From Dehalococcoidia bacterium (GTDB taxonomy: Bacteria > Chloroflexota > Dehalococcoidia > UBA6926), in the NCBI GenBank assembly GCA_963666115.2, contig CAXXET010000004.1, positions 384,001 to 448,000 of the forward strand: 64,000 nt of DNA, read 5' to 3'. The notes below the pieces were generated by a model. It saw nothing but the letters and a program-made list of their open reading frames with translations, did no database searches and was not told the DNA's origin. Shown in pieces: positions 1-9,303 of this stretch (its first letter is position 1; each line of letters opens with the position of its first letter). A program made the translations under genes and the position numbers.

Positions 1-396
1 TTCGACGACTCATTGCTCGTCACGGTGGACGACCTGAAGGAGGCATGCACGCTGGAGGAGTCCGTCGTTTGGGACGTGCGGAGCGACGGCGAATGGGACG
101 GGTCCAACAACCGCGCCAACGCGCGAGCCGGGCATGTCCCCGGCGCCGTTCACCTTGAATGGCTCAACCTGATGGATCGTGAGACACATCGATTCAAGCC
201 GGCGTCCGAGATACGGCGACTGCTCTCGGAGCATGGCATTAATCCGGATAAGAACGTCTACACGTATTGACAGGGGGGCATCCGTGCGGCGCACGGAGTC
301 TTTGTGATGCGGCTTGTGGGTTACGAGAAGACGCGGAACTATGACGGTTCCATGCGGGAGTGGGCGAACCGGGAGGATACGCCGCTGGAGGTCTAG
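1..396 (+). CDS. Sulfurtransferase/rhodanese, C-terminal part (5'-truncated by the window), probable selenoprotein with Sec at TGA 268-270
   Basis: Frame is open from base 1. Motifs DVRS..EW and GHVPGAVHLEW. After the TGA the same frame reads QGGIRAAHGVFVMRLVGYEKTRNYDGSMREWANREDTPLEV to TAG at 394-396, giving the rhodanese active-site loop (Y-C-xGG.RA) and the C-terminal YDGSxxEW signature. Confidence 0.9.
281..297 (+). promoter_or_regulatory. Putative bacterial SECIS hairpin
   Basis: Perfect stem TCCGTGC-ggc-GCACGGA starting 10 nt after the in-frame TGA. Confidence 0.7.
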
Positions 397-845
397 TTGC
401 CGGTGGAGCCGTGGCCTCCGGAGCCGCGTTCTGTTTCTCCGAGGGTTTCTGTGATTTCGAGTGAGACGCCGGCGCGGACTCCGACGACCAGTTGGGCGAT
501 TCTGTCGCCGCTGCGGACGACGTGGGACGGGCGGTTTCCGACGGTGTACATGGTGACGAAGATTTCTCCTCGGTAGTCGCTGTCGATGGTTCCTACTGTG
601 CTAATCACTCCCCTGCTGCCGAGGCCGGAGCGGGGGCGAACCTGGACGTCAAGGGTTGGGGGGAACTCAATAGCGATGCCTGTTGGGATCATGACGGGGT
701 CTGCGCCGACGGTGACCTCGGTTTCTCCGTCAGGGAGGCAGGCATAGACGTCAAAGCCCGTCGAGGCCGGAGTGGCGCGGAACGGGAGCCTTGCTCCTTC
801 GCGGAGCAAGGCGACGCGAATCACTCCATCAGTATGCGGCTGCAC
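393..845 (-). CDS. dut: dUTP pyrophosphatase
   Basis: Motifs GFDV, QVRPRSGLG, GTIDSDYRGE, DRIAQL, RGSGGHGSTG. Confidence 0.95.
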   Translation of the reverse strand: MQPHTDGVIRVALLREGARLPFRATPASTGFDVYACLPDGETEVTVGADPVMIPTGIAIEFPPTLDVQVRPRSGLGSRGVISTVGTIDSDYRGEIFVTMYTVGNRPSHVVRSGDRIAQLVVGVRAGVSLEITETLGETERGSGGHGSTGN

Positions 846-860
846 CTACGGTGTCGAAGT

Positions 861-1637
861 CTAGCGGGTTCGGCGACCCACGACGCCGCGCGCCAGCATG
901 ACGCCTGTGACGGCCATGGCGAATCCAAGCATGGCGATGACCAGCAGGGTCATGGAGTTGAGGGACACGTCTCCACCCTGGATGGGCGGCGGGGCTTCTT
1001 CCATGAACAGCGCGAACTGTCCAGCGCGAGCGACCTTGGCAGTGACGATCATATCGAAGGGGTTTGTCGAGGTTTCCACCGTCAGCCACTTGTTCCTGCC
1101 GGGGTCCCAGGCGCGAATAACGAACGCGTCCGGGTCATTATCCGCCTCTTCCCATTCGGAATCCGTCAGGTCGAGATTGAGCATCATGGGCGGATTGAAG
1201 CGGGCATCTTCGCTCCTGTCCTGGCCGGCGATAGTGATCGACACGGTGACGGCGCGGCCAAGATATTCCGCCGTGCTGCCACTCGGCTTGCTCGGGTTGG
1301 GCGCGATCAGCGCAGGCATCGTCTGGCTTTCCTCAAGGCGAAGGGAGTCAACGGTAATGGCGCCGGACGACATGCTGCTGCCATTGAGATGCAGCGTCCT
1401 GGACTGAACCATGAGTGAGCCCGTCACGTCGAATCCAGGGAAGAATGACCCGGGGATGTCCAGGGTGGCGCCCTTGTCGTACTCGAAATTGGTAGAAACG
1501 CTCTGATCCCCTTCTCCGCCTCCCGGCGTTTCCTGGGCCACAGCGACGGCGCCGGAGGCAAACAGCAGTCCACCGACAATTCCCAACACGCCGAGCAAGG
1601 TCAGGCGTCTCGTTAAGCCTGCATGCGTCCAAGGCAT
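861..1637 (-). CDS. Hypothetical secreted protein with C-terminal membrane anchor
   Basis: Signal peptide ending AVA-QE, beta-rich core, C-terminal hydrophobic helix followed by a basic tail (GRRTR). Confidence 0.7.
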   Translation of the reverse strand: MPWTHAGLTRRLTLLGVLGIVGGLLFASGAVAVAQETPGGGEGDQSVSTNFEYDKGATLDIPGSFFPGFDVTGSLMVQSRTLHLNGSSMSSGAITVDSLRLEESQTMPALIAPNPSKPSGSTAEYLGRAVTVSITIAGQDRSEDARFNPPMMLNLDLTDSEWEEADNDPDAFVIRAWDPGRNKWLTVETSTNPFDMIVTAKVARAGQFALFMEEAPPPIQGGDVSLNSMTLLVIAMLGFAMAVTGVMLARGVVGRRTR

Positions 1638-1803
1638 GACACACCACTCCTCTTTGGGCCTAAGCCCACTGTCTCAACCGCTCCCGTATCCCGCGCTTTG
1701 GCCCCCCTGGGGCCATATGAGTTCAGAACGAATCTAGAAATTTGTTTTGAACCGATTTTGGATTATAAGCCTGATTGGGCGCGGCGGTCAATCGCTCAGG
1801 CGT

Positions 1804-2544
1804 TCAGGTTGAGGGCAACGCGCGGCCGGCCTGGGAGTGCATCACACGGACGCGGCGGGGAAGATCAAATCGAGCGCCCGGGTCGGCCCGCCATCCGTGA
1901 ACGCGGCCTTGCGCGGCGAGAGCGGGGAGGACATCCGTCACCCAATCCGCGTTCATTCCTGCCTTTTGCAAGGGTTCCACCGCCTCCGGCTCGATGATAT
2001 AGGCGCCGACTCCTACAAGGATTTCCGGTTCGTCCGGGAACGGCGGACCGATCAGGATTTCCCGCACGAGACGGGAGGATGGATCAATCCGCGCACGGGG
2101 CAATCCGGCTTTTTCGCTAATTTCGCCAGCCAGGCACATGGTGACATCCACGTTCGCGGAGCGGTGGGCGTCAAACATGGCGGCGAGATCAAAGTCCGTG
2201 ACGAGAGCGCCGTCAATCACGAGGGTTGATTCAGCTATGTGACTGCGGACAGCCATGAGCGCGCCGCCTGAGCCGGGCGCGCCGTCCTGGCGGACGTGGG
2301 TGGCGCCTAGCCCCCAGCGGCTGCCGTCGCCGAAGTAGTGGACGACCATGCCGGGCAGCGCGCGGGAGACGAGCCATGCCTCGGTTATGCCTTGCGTGGC
2401 GAGATGGCGGAGGAGGGTGTCCGCAGCGGGCGCACCGTTCACGTCCCTGAACGCCGGGTGGGGGCCTGAGGCCGGGAGGACGGCGCGGGGGTCAAGGCCG
2501 TCGATTAGGAGGATGGCGCGGGTTAAGTTGGTTAGGCGAGTCAT
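1804..2544 (-). CDS. Nucleotidyltransferase (NDP-sugar pyrophosphorylase)-like protein, divergent
   Basis: YFGDGSRWG, GSGGAL, DFDLAAMFDAHR, GAYIIEP typical of the NTP_transferase family, but the N-terminal GxGTRL motif is degenerate. Confidence 0.75.
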   Translation of the reverse strand: MTRLTNLTRAILLIDGLDPRAVLPASGPHPAFRDVNGAPAADTLLRHLATQGITEAWLVSRALPGMVVHYFGDGSRWGLGATHVRQDGAPGSGGALMAVRSHIAESTLVIDGALVTDFDLAAMFDAHRSANVDVTMCLAGEISEKAGLPRARIDPSSRLVREILIGPPFPDEPEILVGVGAYIIEPEAVEPLQKAGMNADWVTDVLPALAAQGRVHGWRADPGARFDLPRRVRVMHSQAGRALPST

Positions 2545-2567
2545 GGTGGTGTGCGGATCGGGTTGGG

Positions 2568-2593
2568 GGATTCTTCGCTGCGCTCAGAATGAC
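2568..2593 (+). repeat. Family A palindromic repeat (GGATTCTTCGCTGCGCTCAGAATGAC)
   Basis: Near-identical copies at 11286, 51669 and 52797. Confidence 0.9.
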
Positions 2594-2609
2594 ATATGGG
2601 TGGAATGAC

Positions 2610-2638
2610 GGAGGGGCGCCCTTGCGGGGCGCCCCTCC
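2610..2638. terminator. GC-rich hairpin, likely terminator
   Basis: GGAGGGGCGCCC-ttgcg-GGGCGCCCCTCC just downstream of the 2660..3673 gene. Confidence 0.55.
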
Positions 2639-2659
2639 TTTGCGGTCTTGAGTTAGGGG

Positions 2660-3673
2660 CTAGTTGGGGACAAGGACGACCTTGCCCGCGACGGCCTCAG
2701 TCTCAAGGAGGGTCTGGCCTTCGCCCGCGTCCTTCATGGGCAGGACGCGGTCGATGACCGGCTTGATGTGGCCCGCCTGCACCTGGTCAAGGGCGTCCTG
2801 CAACTGGTGGACCGTGCCCAGGGTGGAGCCAACCAGCTTGACCTGCCGGAAGAAGATGTGGCGGAGGTCAATGTTGCCATCGTAGCCGCTGGTTGCGCCG
2901 CTGGTGACAACGGTGCCGCCCCAACTGGCGAGCTGGACGCTAAGGCCCATGGTCGCCTGGCCGGGGTGCTCAAACACGATCTCTGCGCCGCGCCGCCCCA
3001 CGATGTTGCGCATCTCCTGGCGAACGTCCTGCGTCTTGCGGTTGATCAGGTACTCCGCGCCGAGTTCCTTGCAGAGCTCGAGCTTTTCATCGCTGGAGGC
3101 AACGGCAATCGGATGCGCCCGGAACAGCGTGGCAATCTGGATGGCCATGACGCCAAGGCCGCCAGCCGCGCCCCAGATGAGGACGTGGTCGCCGGGCTTG
3201 ATGTTGGCCTTTTCGACCAGCTTGCGCCACGTGGTGACGAGGACGAGCGGGAACGAGGCGGCCTCCTCATGCGTGAGGTTGGTGGGCTTGGGAACGGCGT
3301 TCTCCGCCGGAACCCGCACATACTGGCCGTGCGCGCCGTCAAGCGCGGGCCAGTCATAGCCCCAGATGTTGCATTCCTGTCCGGTGCGATTGTTGAACGC
3401 CGGGCGTCCGCAGTGGACGACAACCTCATCTCCGACGGAATGAGTCGTCACCTCGGCGCCCTTGTCCACGACGACACCGGATGCGTCGCTGCCAGAGATG
3501 TGAGGCAGGGCCACTTCCATTGGCGCTCCGCGTCGCCCCCAAACATCGTTGTAGTTGATGGCCGTTGCCTTGACTTCAATCACAACGTCATTCGGCCCGG
3601 GCTTGGGGTCGTCAATGTCCTTCCACTGGAGAACTTCCGGGCCGCCATACTCATCGAAGACGAGTGCCTTCAT
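2660..3673 (-). CDS. MDR-family NAD(P)H:quinone oxidoreductase / zinc-type alcohol dehydrogenase-like protein
   Basis: MKALVFDEYGGPEVL start, GSDASG, GAAGGLG nucleotide-binding motif, GKVVL end. Confidence 0.9.
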   Translation of the reverse strand: MKALVFDEYGGPEVLQWKDIDDPKPGPNDVVIEVKATAINYNDVWGRRGAPMEVALPHISGSDASGVVVDKGAEVTTHSVGDEVVVHCGRPAFNNRTGQECNIWGYDWPALDGAHGQYVRVPAENAVPKPTNLTHEEAASFPLVLVTTWRKLVEKANIKPGDHVLIWGAAGGLGVMAIQIATLFRAHPIAVASSDEKLELCKELGAEYLINRKTQDVRQEMRNIVGRRGAEIVFEHPGQATMGLSVQLASWGGTVVTSGATSGYDGNIDLRHIFFRQVKLVGSTLGTVHQLQDALDQVQAGHIKPVIDRVLPMKDAGEGQTLLETEAVAGKVVLVPN

Positions 3674-3752
3674 GCCAATTTCCCTCCCTTAACTCCACCT
3701 CTACCCACCTTTCGCACTCTAGCACAGGGGGGCGTCTGCGGTCATGTTTGCT

Positions 3753-4643
3753 TTACGGCGCGCGGCTGGGGCGGGCCATCTGCTCGGCGGCGATGGCCTG
3801 ATCCTCGTCCGTGAACGCGTCGTTCATGTACTGGAATCCGGCGCGCATCCCCTGCTCCGCCGTCACGCGGTCAACGTCCTGCAGGCCCTTCGGCAGGTCC
3901 TCCGGCGACGCGGCGTAGGACACGTACATCAGGTTCTCGGCGTACTCATAGGCCTGGAACATGCCCTGCGACTCGTAGTAGTAGTTGATGGCGCGCTTGT
4001 TGAGTTCCGTGGAGGCAGGCGGCAGCTTGGAGATGGTGTTGGCGAGCGTCCAGACGTGGTCGTCCAGATCATCCCGCGCCACAACCTCGCTCACCAGGCC
4101 GACCCGCAGGGCCTCCTGCGCGTCCATCATGTTGCCGGTGAAGGCGAGCTGCTTCATCTTCTTCATGCCGACCAGTTCCGGCCAGATCATGTAGGTGGCC
4201 ACGCTGGCGTAGCGCGCGGGCGGGTAGCCGAAGAGCGCGTCATCAGAGGCGATGGTGATGTCGCAGTGGCAAGCCAGTTGGCCGCCGCCAGCGAGGCTGA
4301 ACGAATGGCACTGGGCGATGACCGGCTTGCGGTTGTTCCATATCCAGCGGCGATACATGGTCGTGGGGTGGTCGCTGGTAATCATGGTCAGGGCGTCGCG
4401 CGGGAGATTGCCCTCGGACTGCACATTCATGTCGTAACCCGCAGAGAATGCCCTGCCCGCGCCCTTGATGACGATGCAGCGGACTGTTTCGTCCTTGTCT
4501 GCCTCCTCCAACGCGCCGCCAAGGTCGGCCAGGAGCCCGCGGCTGAGCGCGTTCAGCCTTTCAGGCCGGTTCAGCGTGATGTAGGCGACGTTGCCGCCGG
4601 CTGCCTCACGCAGTTCATAGATGATGTTCTCGTAGTCCGCCAT
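3753..4643 (-). CDS. Enoyl-CoA hydratase/isomerase family protein
   Basis: ITLNRPERLNAL, GRAFSAGYD, LAGG motifs. Confidence 0.9.
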   Translation of the reverse strand: MADYENIIYELREAAGGNVAYITLNRPERLNALSRGLLADLGGALEEADKDETVRCIVIKGAGRAFSAGYDMNVQSEGNLPRDALTMITSDHPTTMYRRWIWNNRKPVIAQCHSFSLAGGGQLACHCDITIASDDALFGYPPARYASVATYMIWPELVGMKKMKQLAFTGNMMDAQEALRVGLVSEVVARDDLDDHVWTLANTISKLPPASTELNKRAINYYYESQGMFQAYEYAENLMYVSYAASPEDLPKGLQDVDRVTAEQGMRAGFQYMNDAFTDEDQAIAAEQMARPSRAP

Positions 4644-4711
4644 TGTCCTCCTCCTTACCGTGTTCTCCAGGTTCCCCCTGTCTTTCCCTGTCCCACAAGA
4701 TTACAAGTTGT

Positions 4712-5272
4712 CTACGCGGTGACAACAGCCCCCGCAGGGAATCTTTGATGCCAGTCGGCAATTATCCTGACGTCGCGCTCAAAGGCCATGTCCGGCAGCG
4801 CATCGGCGGGGAAGTAGTCGACAGCCAGGCTTTCCGGGCCCGGCTGGGGCGCTCCCTCGACGATATGGCCCCGATAGACGACGAGGATCACGCGGTTGCC
4901 CGTTTCGGAGTGGATTCCCAGCAGACCGTCCAATTCGACGGTAACGCCAACCTCTTCCTGCGTTTCGCGGATTGCGGCGTCCTCCACCTTTTCACCGGCG
5001 TCGACGAATCCCGCCGGGTATGACCACAGGTCTTTGCGCGGGTGGTGGGCGCGCTGCATGAGCAGAACGCGGCCCTGGTCATCGCCGATCAGAACGCCAA
5101 CGGCCACCTTGGGGTCCGTGTAGTGGACGTAGCCGCAGGAATCGCACGCAAGACGCATGGCGCCGTCAATCTCACGCTCCTCGAGTTTGTCGCCGCAGTT
5201 CAGGCAGAATTTCGCCTTACCCTCCCCATGCATGATGGGCGGGTGGGCGGCCTGATTGTTGTCAGAGGTCAT
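4712..5272 (-). CDS. NUDIX hydrolase with N-terminal zinc ribbon
   Basis: CxxC...CxxC followed by Nudix box GFVDAGEKVEDAAIRETQEEVG. Confidence 0.9.
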   Translation of the reverse strand: MTSDNNQAAHPPIMHGEGKAKFCLNCGDKLEEREIDGAMRLACDSCGYVHYTDPKVAVGVLIGDDQGRVLLMQRAHHPRKDLWSYPAGFVDAGEKVEDAAIRETQEEVGVTVELDGLLGIHSETGNRVILVVYRGHIVEGAPQPGPESLAVDYFPADALPDMAFERDVRIIADWHQRFPAGAVVTA

Positions 5273-5277
5273 TTGGC

Positions 5278-6093
5278 CTAGCGGAAGGGGCCGTCACGCG
5301 CATCGAGGAACGCCCTCATGCCCTGTTCAGTTCGCACTTTACCGAGGTATTCGCGCTCCGGCACGTCCGGCGTGAGGCTCTCGATCATGCGGAGCATGAG
5401 ATGGTCATCCAGGCCCTTGCCGAAGCCCTGCGCGTCGTACACGGCAGTGATGGAGCGCTTCATCATCTGGAGGGCGAACGGCGGGACTTGCGCGATGCGG
5501 CGGGCCATGGCCATGGCTTCGTTCAGCGCCTCGCCGGCGGGAACGACCTTGTTGACGAGGTCCCACTTCTCAGCGGTTTCGACGTCGATGAAGTCTCCGG
5601 TGTAGTAGAACTCGCGCAAGTGGCGGTTGCTGGTGATGAACGGGAGCAGGACGTGGGGGGAGTGGGCGACGTGCCGGATCTCCGGCTCGCCAAACTGGGC
5701 GCGCTCTGAGGCGACGATGAGATCGCAACTCATGGCGAGCACGTTGCCCGCAGCAGCGGCAGGGCCGTCGACGGCGGCAATCCACGGCACGCGCGAGTAC
5801 CAGGGGCGCGACACGAGCCTGGCCTGCCAATGCGTGTGCTCCCACCGCTCCGTGGCGCTGTAGGTAGGCCGCTCCTGGTTGGGAGTCAGGTCATAGCCAG
5901 CGCAGAATGCGGGGCCTGCGCCGGTGATGACGGCGATGCGGACATTGTCGTCGTTCTCAACTGCGTCAAACACTTCCTCAAGCTCATGCAGCAACTGCGG
6001 GTTGAGCGCGTTGCGCCGCTCCGGCCGGTTCAGCGTGACCTGCGCGACTCCGTCGTCGCCAACCTCATAGATAACGGTCTCAAAATCAGCCAT
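5278..6093 (-). CDS. Enoyl-CoA hydratase/isomerase family protein
   Basis: VTLNRPERRNAL, AFCAGYDL, FGEPE motifs. Confidence 0.9.
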   Translation of the reverse strand: MADFETVIYEVGDDGVAQVTLNRPERRNALNPQLLHELEEVFDAVENDDNVRIAVITGAGPAFCAGYDLTPNQERPTYSATERWEHTHWQARLVSRPWYSRVPWIAAVDGPAAAAGNVLAMSCDLIVASERAQFGEPEIRHVAHSPHVLLPFITSNRHLREFYYTGDFIDVETAEKWDLVNKVVPAGEALNEAMAMARRIAQVPPFALQMMKRSITAVYDAQGFGKGLDDHLMLRMIESLTPDVPEREYLGKVRTEQGMRAFLDARDGPFR

Positions 6094-6178
6094 GTGGATT
6101 ATCCCTCCCCCAAGTTTGTCCGGCGGCCACCGAAGCCGCCTACTGAGTATACGTCACGGAAGGGCGGGGCGAGCAGGC

Positions 6179-8122
6179 CTACACGTACTCCTTGACGCGT
6201 TCGGCGAGGCGTTTTGTCATGCCGGGGGCGGCTGAGAGGTCATCGATGGCGGCTTCGCGGATGGCGTCGAGGCTGCCGAAGTGGCGCATGAGCATTCGCT
6301 TACGGCGCGGGCCGATGCCCGGCACCGCGTCAAGCATCGATTCCATCCCCTTCTTTTGGCGCACGCCGCGATGGAACGTGATGGCAAACCGGTGGGCTTC
6401 GTCACGGGCGCGCTGGACAAGATAGAGGGCGGGGGACGTGCGCGGCAGCATGATCGATTCCGCCATCTCCGGCAGGAAGACTTCTTCTTCCTGCTTGGCC
6501 AACGACGCGAGCGGTATCTGGTGAAGGCCAAGCTCGACGCGCATCACCTCAGCGACGGCGTTGAGCTGCCCCTTTCCGCCATCGATCAAGACGAGGTCGG
6601 GCAGCGTCATGAACGAGCCGTCTGCTGTTTGCTTCTTCGCGCCGCTCCCATCGGCCTTGGCGCGAGCCGGGGCCGACTTGAACTGCGCCATGACTTCCTC
6701 GGCGTCCTCGGCTGACGACGCAAGGCCGCGGGCGGCGCTGCCCAACGCGCCGGAACGCTGGAACCGGCGGCGTATGACCTCCTGGAGGGAGGCGAAATCA
6801 TTCGCGCCCTCCACCGTCTTGATCCTGAAGCGGCGGTAGTGATCCTTGAGTGGCTGGCCGTCCTGGAACACGACCATGGACGCGACTGAGTTCGTTCCCT
6901 GGGTGTTGGAAATGTCGTAGCACTCAATGCGGCGGGGGAGTTCAGGCAGGTTGAGCTGCTCCTTGAGCTCCGCCAAAGCCGTTTCGGTAGCGGCCTCATC
7001 CGCGAGCACCTTGACGCGAAGGGCTTCAAGGCCCTGCAGGGCGTTTTCGGCAACGAGTTCCAACAGTTTCCTGCGCTCGCCGCGCTGCGGGACGATGAGC
7101 CGCACTTTCCGGCCCTCCCGCCGCTCCTCCAGCCATTCAGTGATGGCAGGGCCATCGGCGACGGGCGCTTGCGTCAGGATGCGGGGCGGCACGACGGGGC
7201 TGTTCACATAGAACTGCTTGATAAAACCGGCCAGCACTTCGCCGTCGGTTTCGCCGAGCGTGCCGTCCAGCAGGAAATTGTCGCGCTCCAGCAGTTTCCC
7301 GCCGCGGACGAAGAAGACCTCCGCCCATGCCTCATTGCCGGCGCGGGCAATGGCGATGATGTCTTCGTCGACGGCGCGGGTGGAGACGGCCTTTTGCTCG
7401 GCGGAGACGCGGTTGATGGCGTTGAACTGGTCACGGAAGAACGCGGCGCGTTCGTATTCGAGGTTGTCAGAGGCGTCCATCATCTTGCGCTTGATGTCTC
7501 GCGCGATCGCGGCCTGCTTGCCCTCCAGGAACGCGGCGACCTGGCCGATGACATCCCGATAGTCCTCGTTGGATACCGCGCCGATGCAGGGGCCAAGGCA
7601 GCGCTTGATGTGGTAATCAAGGCACGGACGCGGGTCTGTGCCCGTGATCTCCTTGGTGCAGGAGCGATAGGGAAACAGCTTGTTGAGCAGGTCCAGAGTC
7701 TTGCGGACACTCGACGCGCTGGCATAGGGGCCGAAATAGCGCGCGCCGTCGTCCTGCATCCGCCGAGTGATGTACACGCGCGGCCACTCTTCACGCACGT
7801 CGATCTTGAGATAGGGATAGGTCTTGTCGTCCTTGAGGCGGACGTTGAACCGGGGCTTATGGCGCTTGATGAGCGTGTTTTCGAGGATCAGCGCCTCAGC
7901 CTCCGTTGTCGTGACGATGCAGTCGATGTCTGAGGCGCGCTGGGCGATCTGGAATGCCTTTGTGCCCGGCGTCACAGCGTCAGAGCCGAAATAGGACCGG
8001 ACGCGGTTGCGGAGGACGGCGGCCTTGCCGACGTAGATGGGCTTGTTGCGCGCGTCGCGAAAGATGTAGACGCCGGGTTGCGTGGGCAGGCCGCGGGCGA
8101 CCTTGGCGAGATCAACGCTCAT
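6179..8122 (-). CDS. uvrC: Excinuclease ABC subunit C
   Basis: GIY-YIG domain (PGVY..IYVGKA), RIECYDISN, LIDGGKGQ, RDEAHRFAI, C-terminal HhH. Confidence 0.97.
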   Translation of the reverse strand: MSVDLAKVARGLPTQPGVYIFRDARNKPIYVGKAAVLRNRVRSYFGSDAVTPGTKAFQIAQRASDIDCIVTTTEAEALILENTLIKRHKPRFNVRLKDDKTYPYLKIDVREEWPRVYITRRMQDDGARYFGPYASASSVRKTLDLLNKLFPYRSCTKEITGTDPRPCLDYHIKRCLGPCIGAVSNEDYRDVIGQVAAFLEGKQAAIARDIKRKMMDASDNLEYERAAFFRDQFNAINRVSAEQKAVSTRAVDEDIIAIARAGNEAWAEVFFVRGGKLLERDNFLLDGTLGETDGEVLAGFIKQFYVNSPVVPPRILTQAPVADGPAITEWLEERREGRKVRLIVPQRGERRKLLELVAENALQGLEALRVKVLADEAATETALAELKEQLNLPELPRRIECYDISNTQGTNSVASMVVFQDGQPLKDHYRRFRIKTVEGANDFASLQEVIRRRFQRSGALGSAARGLASSAEDAEEVMAQFKSAPARAKADGSGAKKQTADGSFMTLPDLVLIDGGKGQLNAVAEVMRVELGLHQIPLASLAKQEEEVFLPEMAESIMLPRTSPALYLVQRARDEAHRFAITFHRGVRQKKGMESMLDAVPGIGPRRKRMLMRHFGSLDAIREAAIDDLSAAPGMTKRLAERVKEYV

Positions 8123-8130
8123 GGCCGCTG

Positions 8131-8520
8131 CTAGAGGAAGACTGCGGCGGCGGCAAGGGCAACGGCAGTAACAACGGCGGCAAGGCCGATGGAGCGCAGG
8201 TCCCTGACGGAATCACGGCGGATTCGCTCTTCACGCTGCGCTTCAAGGGCGCGGGCGGAGGACGTGGCTCCACGTCGGAGCGCGCCGACTCCCCTGCCCC
8301 TTGCCTGCACGCCGCCTTGCGCGGCTGCGGGCGGCTGGGGCTGCGCGGCGGCAACGGGTTCGGCGTCCACCAGCGCGGCGTCTTCGCTGGCGGCAGTGGG
8401 GCTGCCGGCGCGGGCGGCTCTAACGATGCGCCCGGGCGAGACCGGCGGGGCCGGGCGGGGGCGGCGTTCGGCGGGCGCGCCGCGTCGTCTTCGATCACGT
8501 CTGCTTGGTTTGCCAGGCAT
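8131..8520 (-). CDS. Hypothetical protein, Arg/Pro-rich N-terminus and C-terminal TM helix
   Basis: Fills the gap between the kinase-like gene and uvrC on the same strand; hydrophobic C-terminus. Confidence 0.55.
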   Translation of the reverse strand: MPGKPSRRDRRRRGAPAERRPRPAPPVSPGRIVRAARAGSPTAASEDAALVDAEPVAAAQPQPPAAAQGGVQARGRGVGALRRGATSSARALEAQREERIRRDSVRDLRSIGLAAVVTAVALAAAAVFL

Positions 8521-8564
8521 TATTTCGTCTCCCCGTTTCCCGCGCTGCTTCGACCAAGTTCACC

Positions 8565-9278
8565 TTAAGTGTCATCGCAAAGGAGTTGTTCGTCCAGAGC
8601 GCGCGCGCCCGTCGAAACCATTTGGGCGTAGTGTTTGATGTCCAGCCTATCGACGCGGAGCACCATATCAAACCAACTGGGGTCAAAGGGATCGACACCG
8701 AAGAACTTTCTCAGGAAGGCCTGGCGGTGGTGTTCCTGATCATCGACCTCCCGGCGCGCTTCGTCCGCCGACAAGCTGTTGCGGTTGGCCCAGCGTTCAA
8801 TGCGGGCGTCACGGGGGGCCAGGGCGAGGACGTTGAAGACGCGGGGGTTGTTCCTGAGGATATACGTGGCTCCCCTGCCGATGATGACGACGCGGGGCAG
8901 GCGGGCAAGCTCCTGGATGATCTCCGTGGTCACTTCGAGGAAGCGCTGATCATCCAGGGTCTGTTCATCGGTGCGCGGCTCCGCAGCGGCTTGCTCATAG
9001 GTGCGGGAGAGGATCGGCTCGCCGCTCATGTAGGGATCAGCAGTGTAGCTCGCAGCGGATCGCTGAATGAACGTCTGAAAGACGCGGGCGATGCGATCAG
9101 TCAGGCTGTCAACGCGCATGTCACGCGCATCCCATTCTTCAATGCTCATGCCGGTGCGGCTCGCCGCCTCGCTGAGGAGGAAGTTATCGACGAATTCGGC
9201 TTCGATCTGGCTGGCGACTTCCTGGCCGATGTCCTGACCGCCGCTGCCGATCTGCCCCGCAATCGCTATAACAGCCAT
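8565..9278 (-). CDS. Cytidylate kinase-like family protein
   Basis: MAVIAIAGQIGSGG P-loop, VVIIGRGA, FDMVLR; RBS GGAGG before the ATG at 9278. Confidence 0.85.
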   Translation of the reverse strand: MAVIAIAGQIGSGGQDIGQEVASQIEAEFVDNFLLSEAASRTGMSIEEWDARDMRVDSLTDRIARVFQTFIQRSAASYTADPYMSGEPILSRTYEQAAAEPRTDEQTLDDQRFLEVTTEIIQELARLPRVVIIGRGATYILRNNPRVFNVLALAPRDARIERWANRNSLSADEARREVDDQEHHRQAFLRKFFGVDPFDPSWFDMVLRVDRLDIKHYAQMVSTGARALDEQLLCDDT

Positions 9279-9303
9279 GGCTCCTCCTGTGCTCCGGGAA
9301 ACG

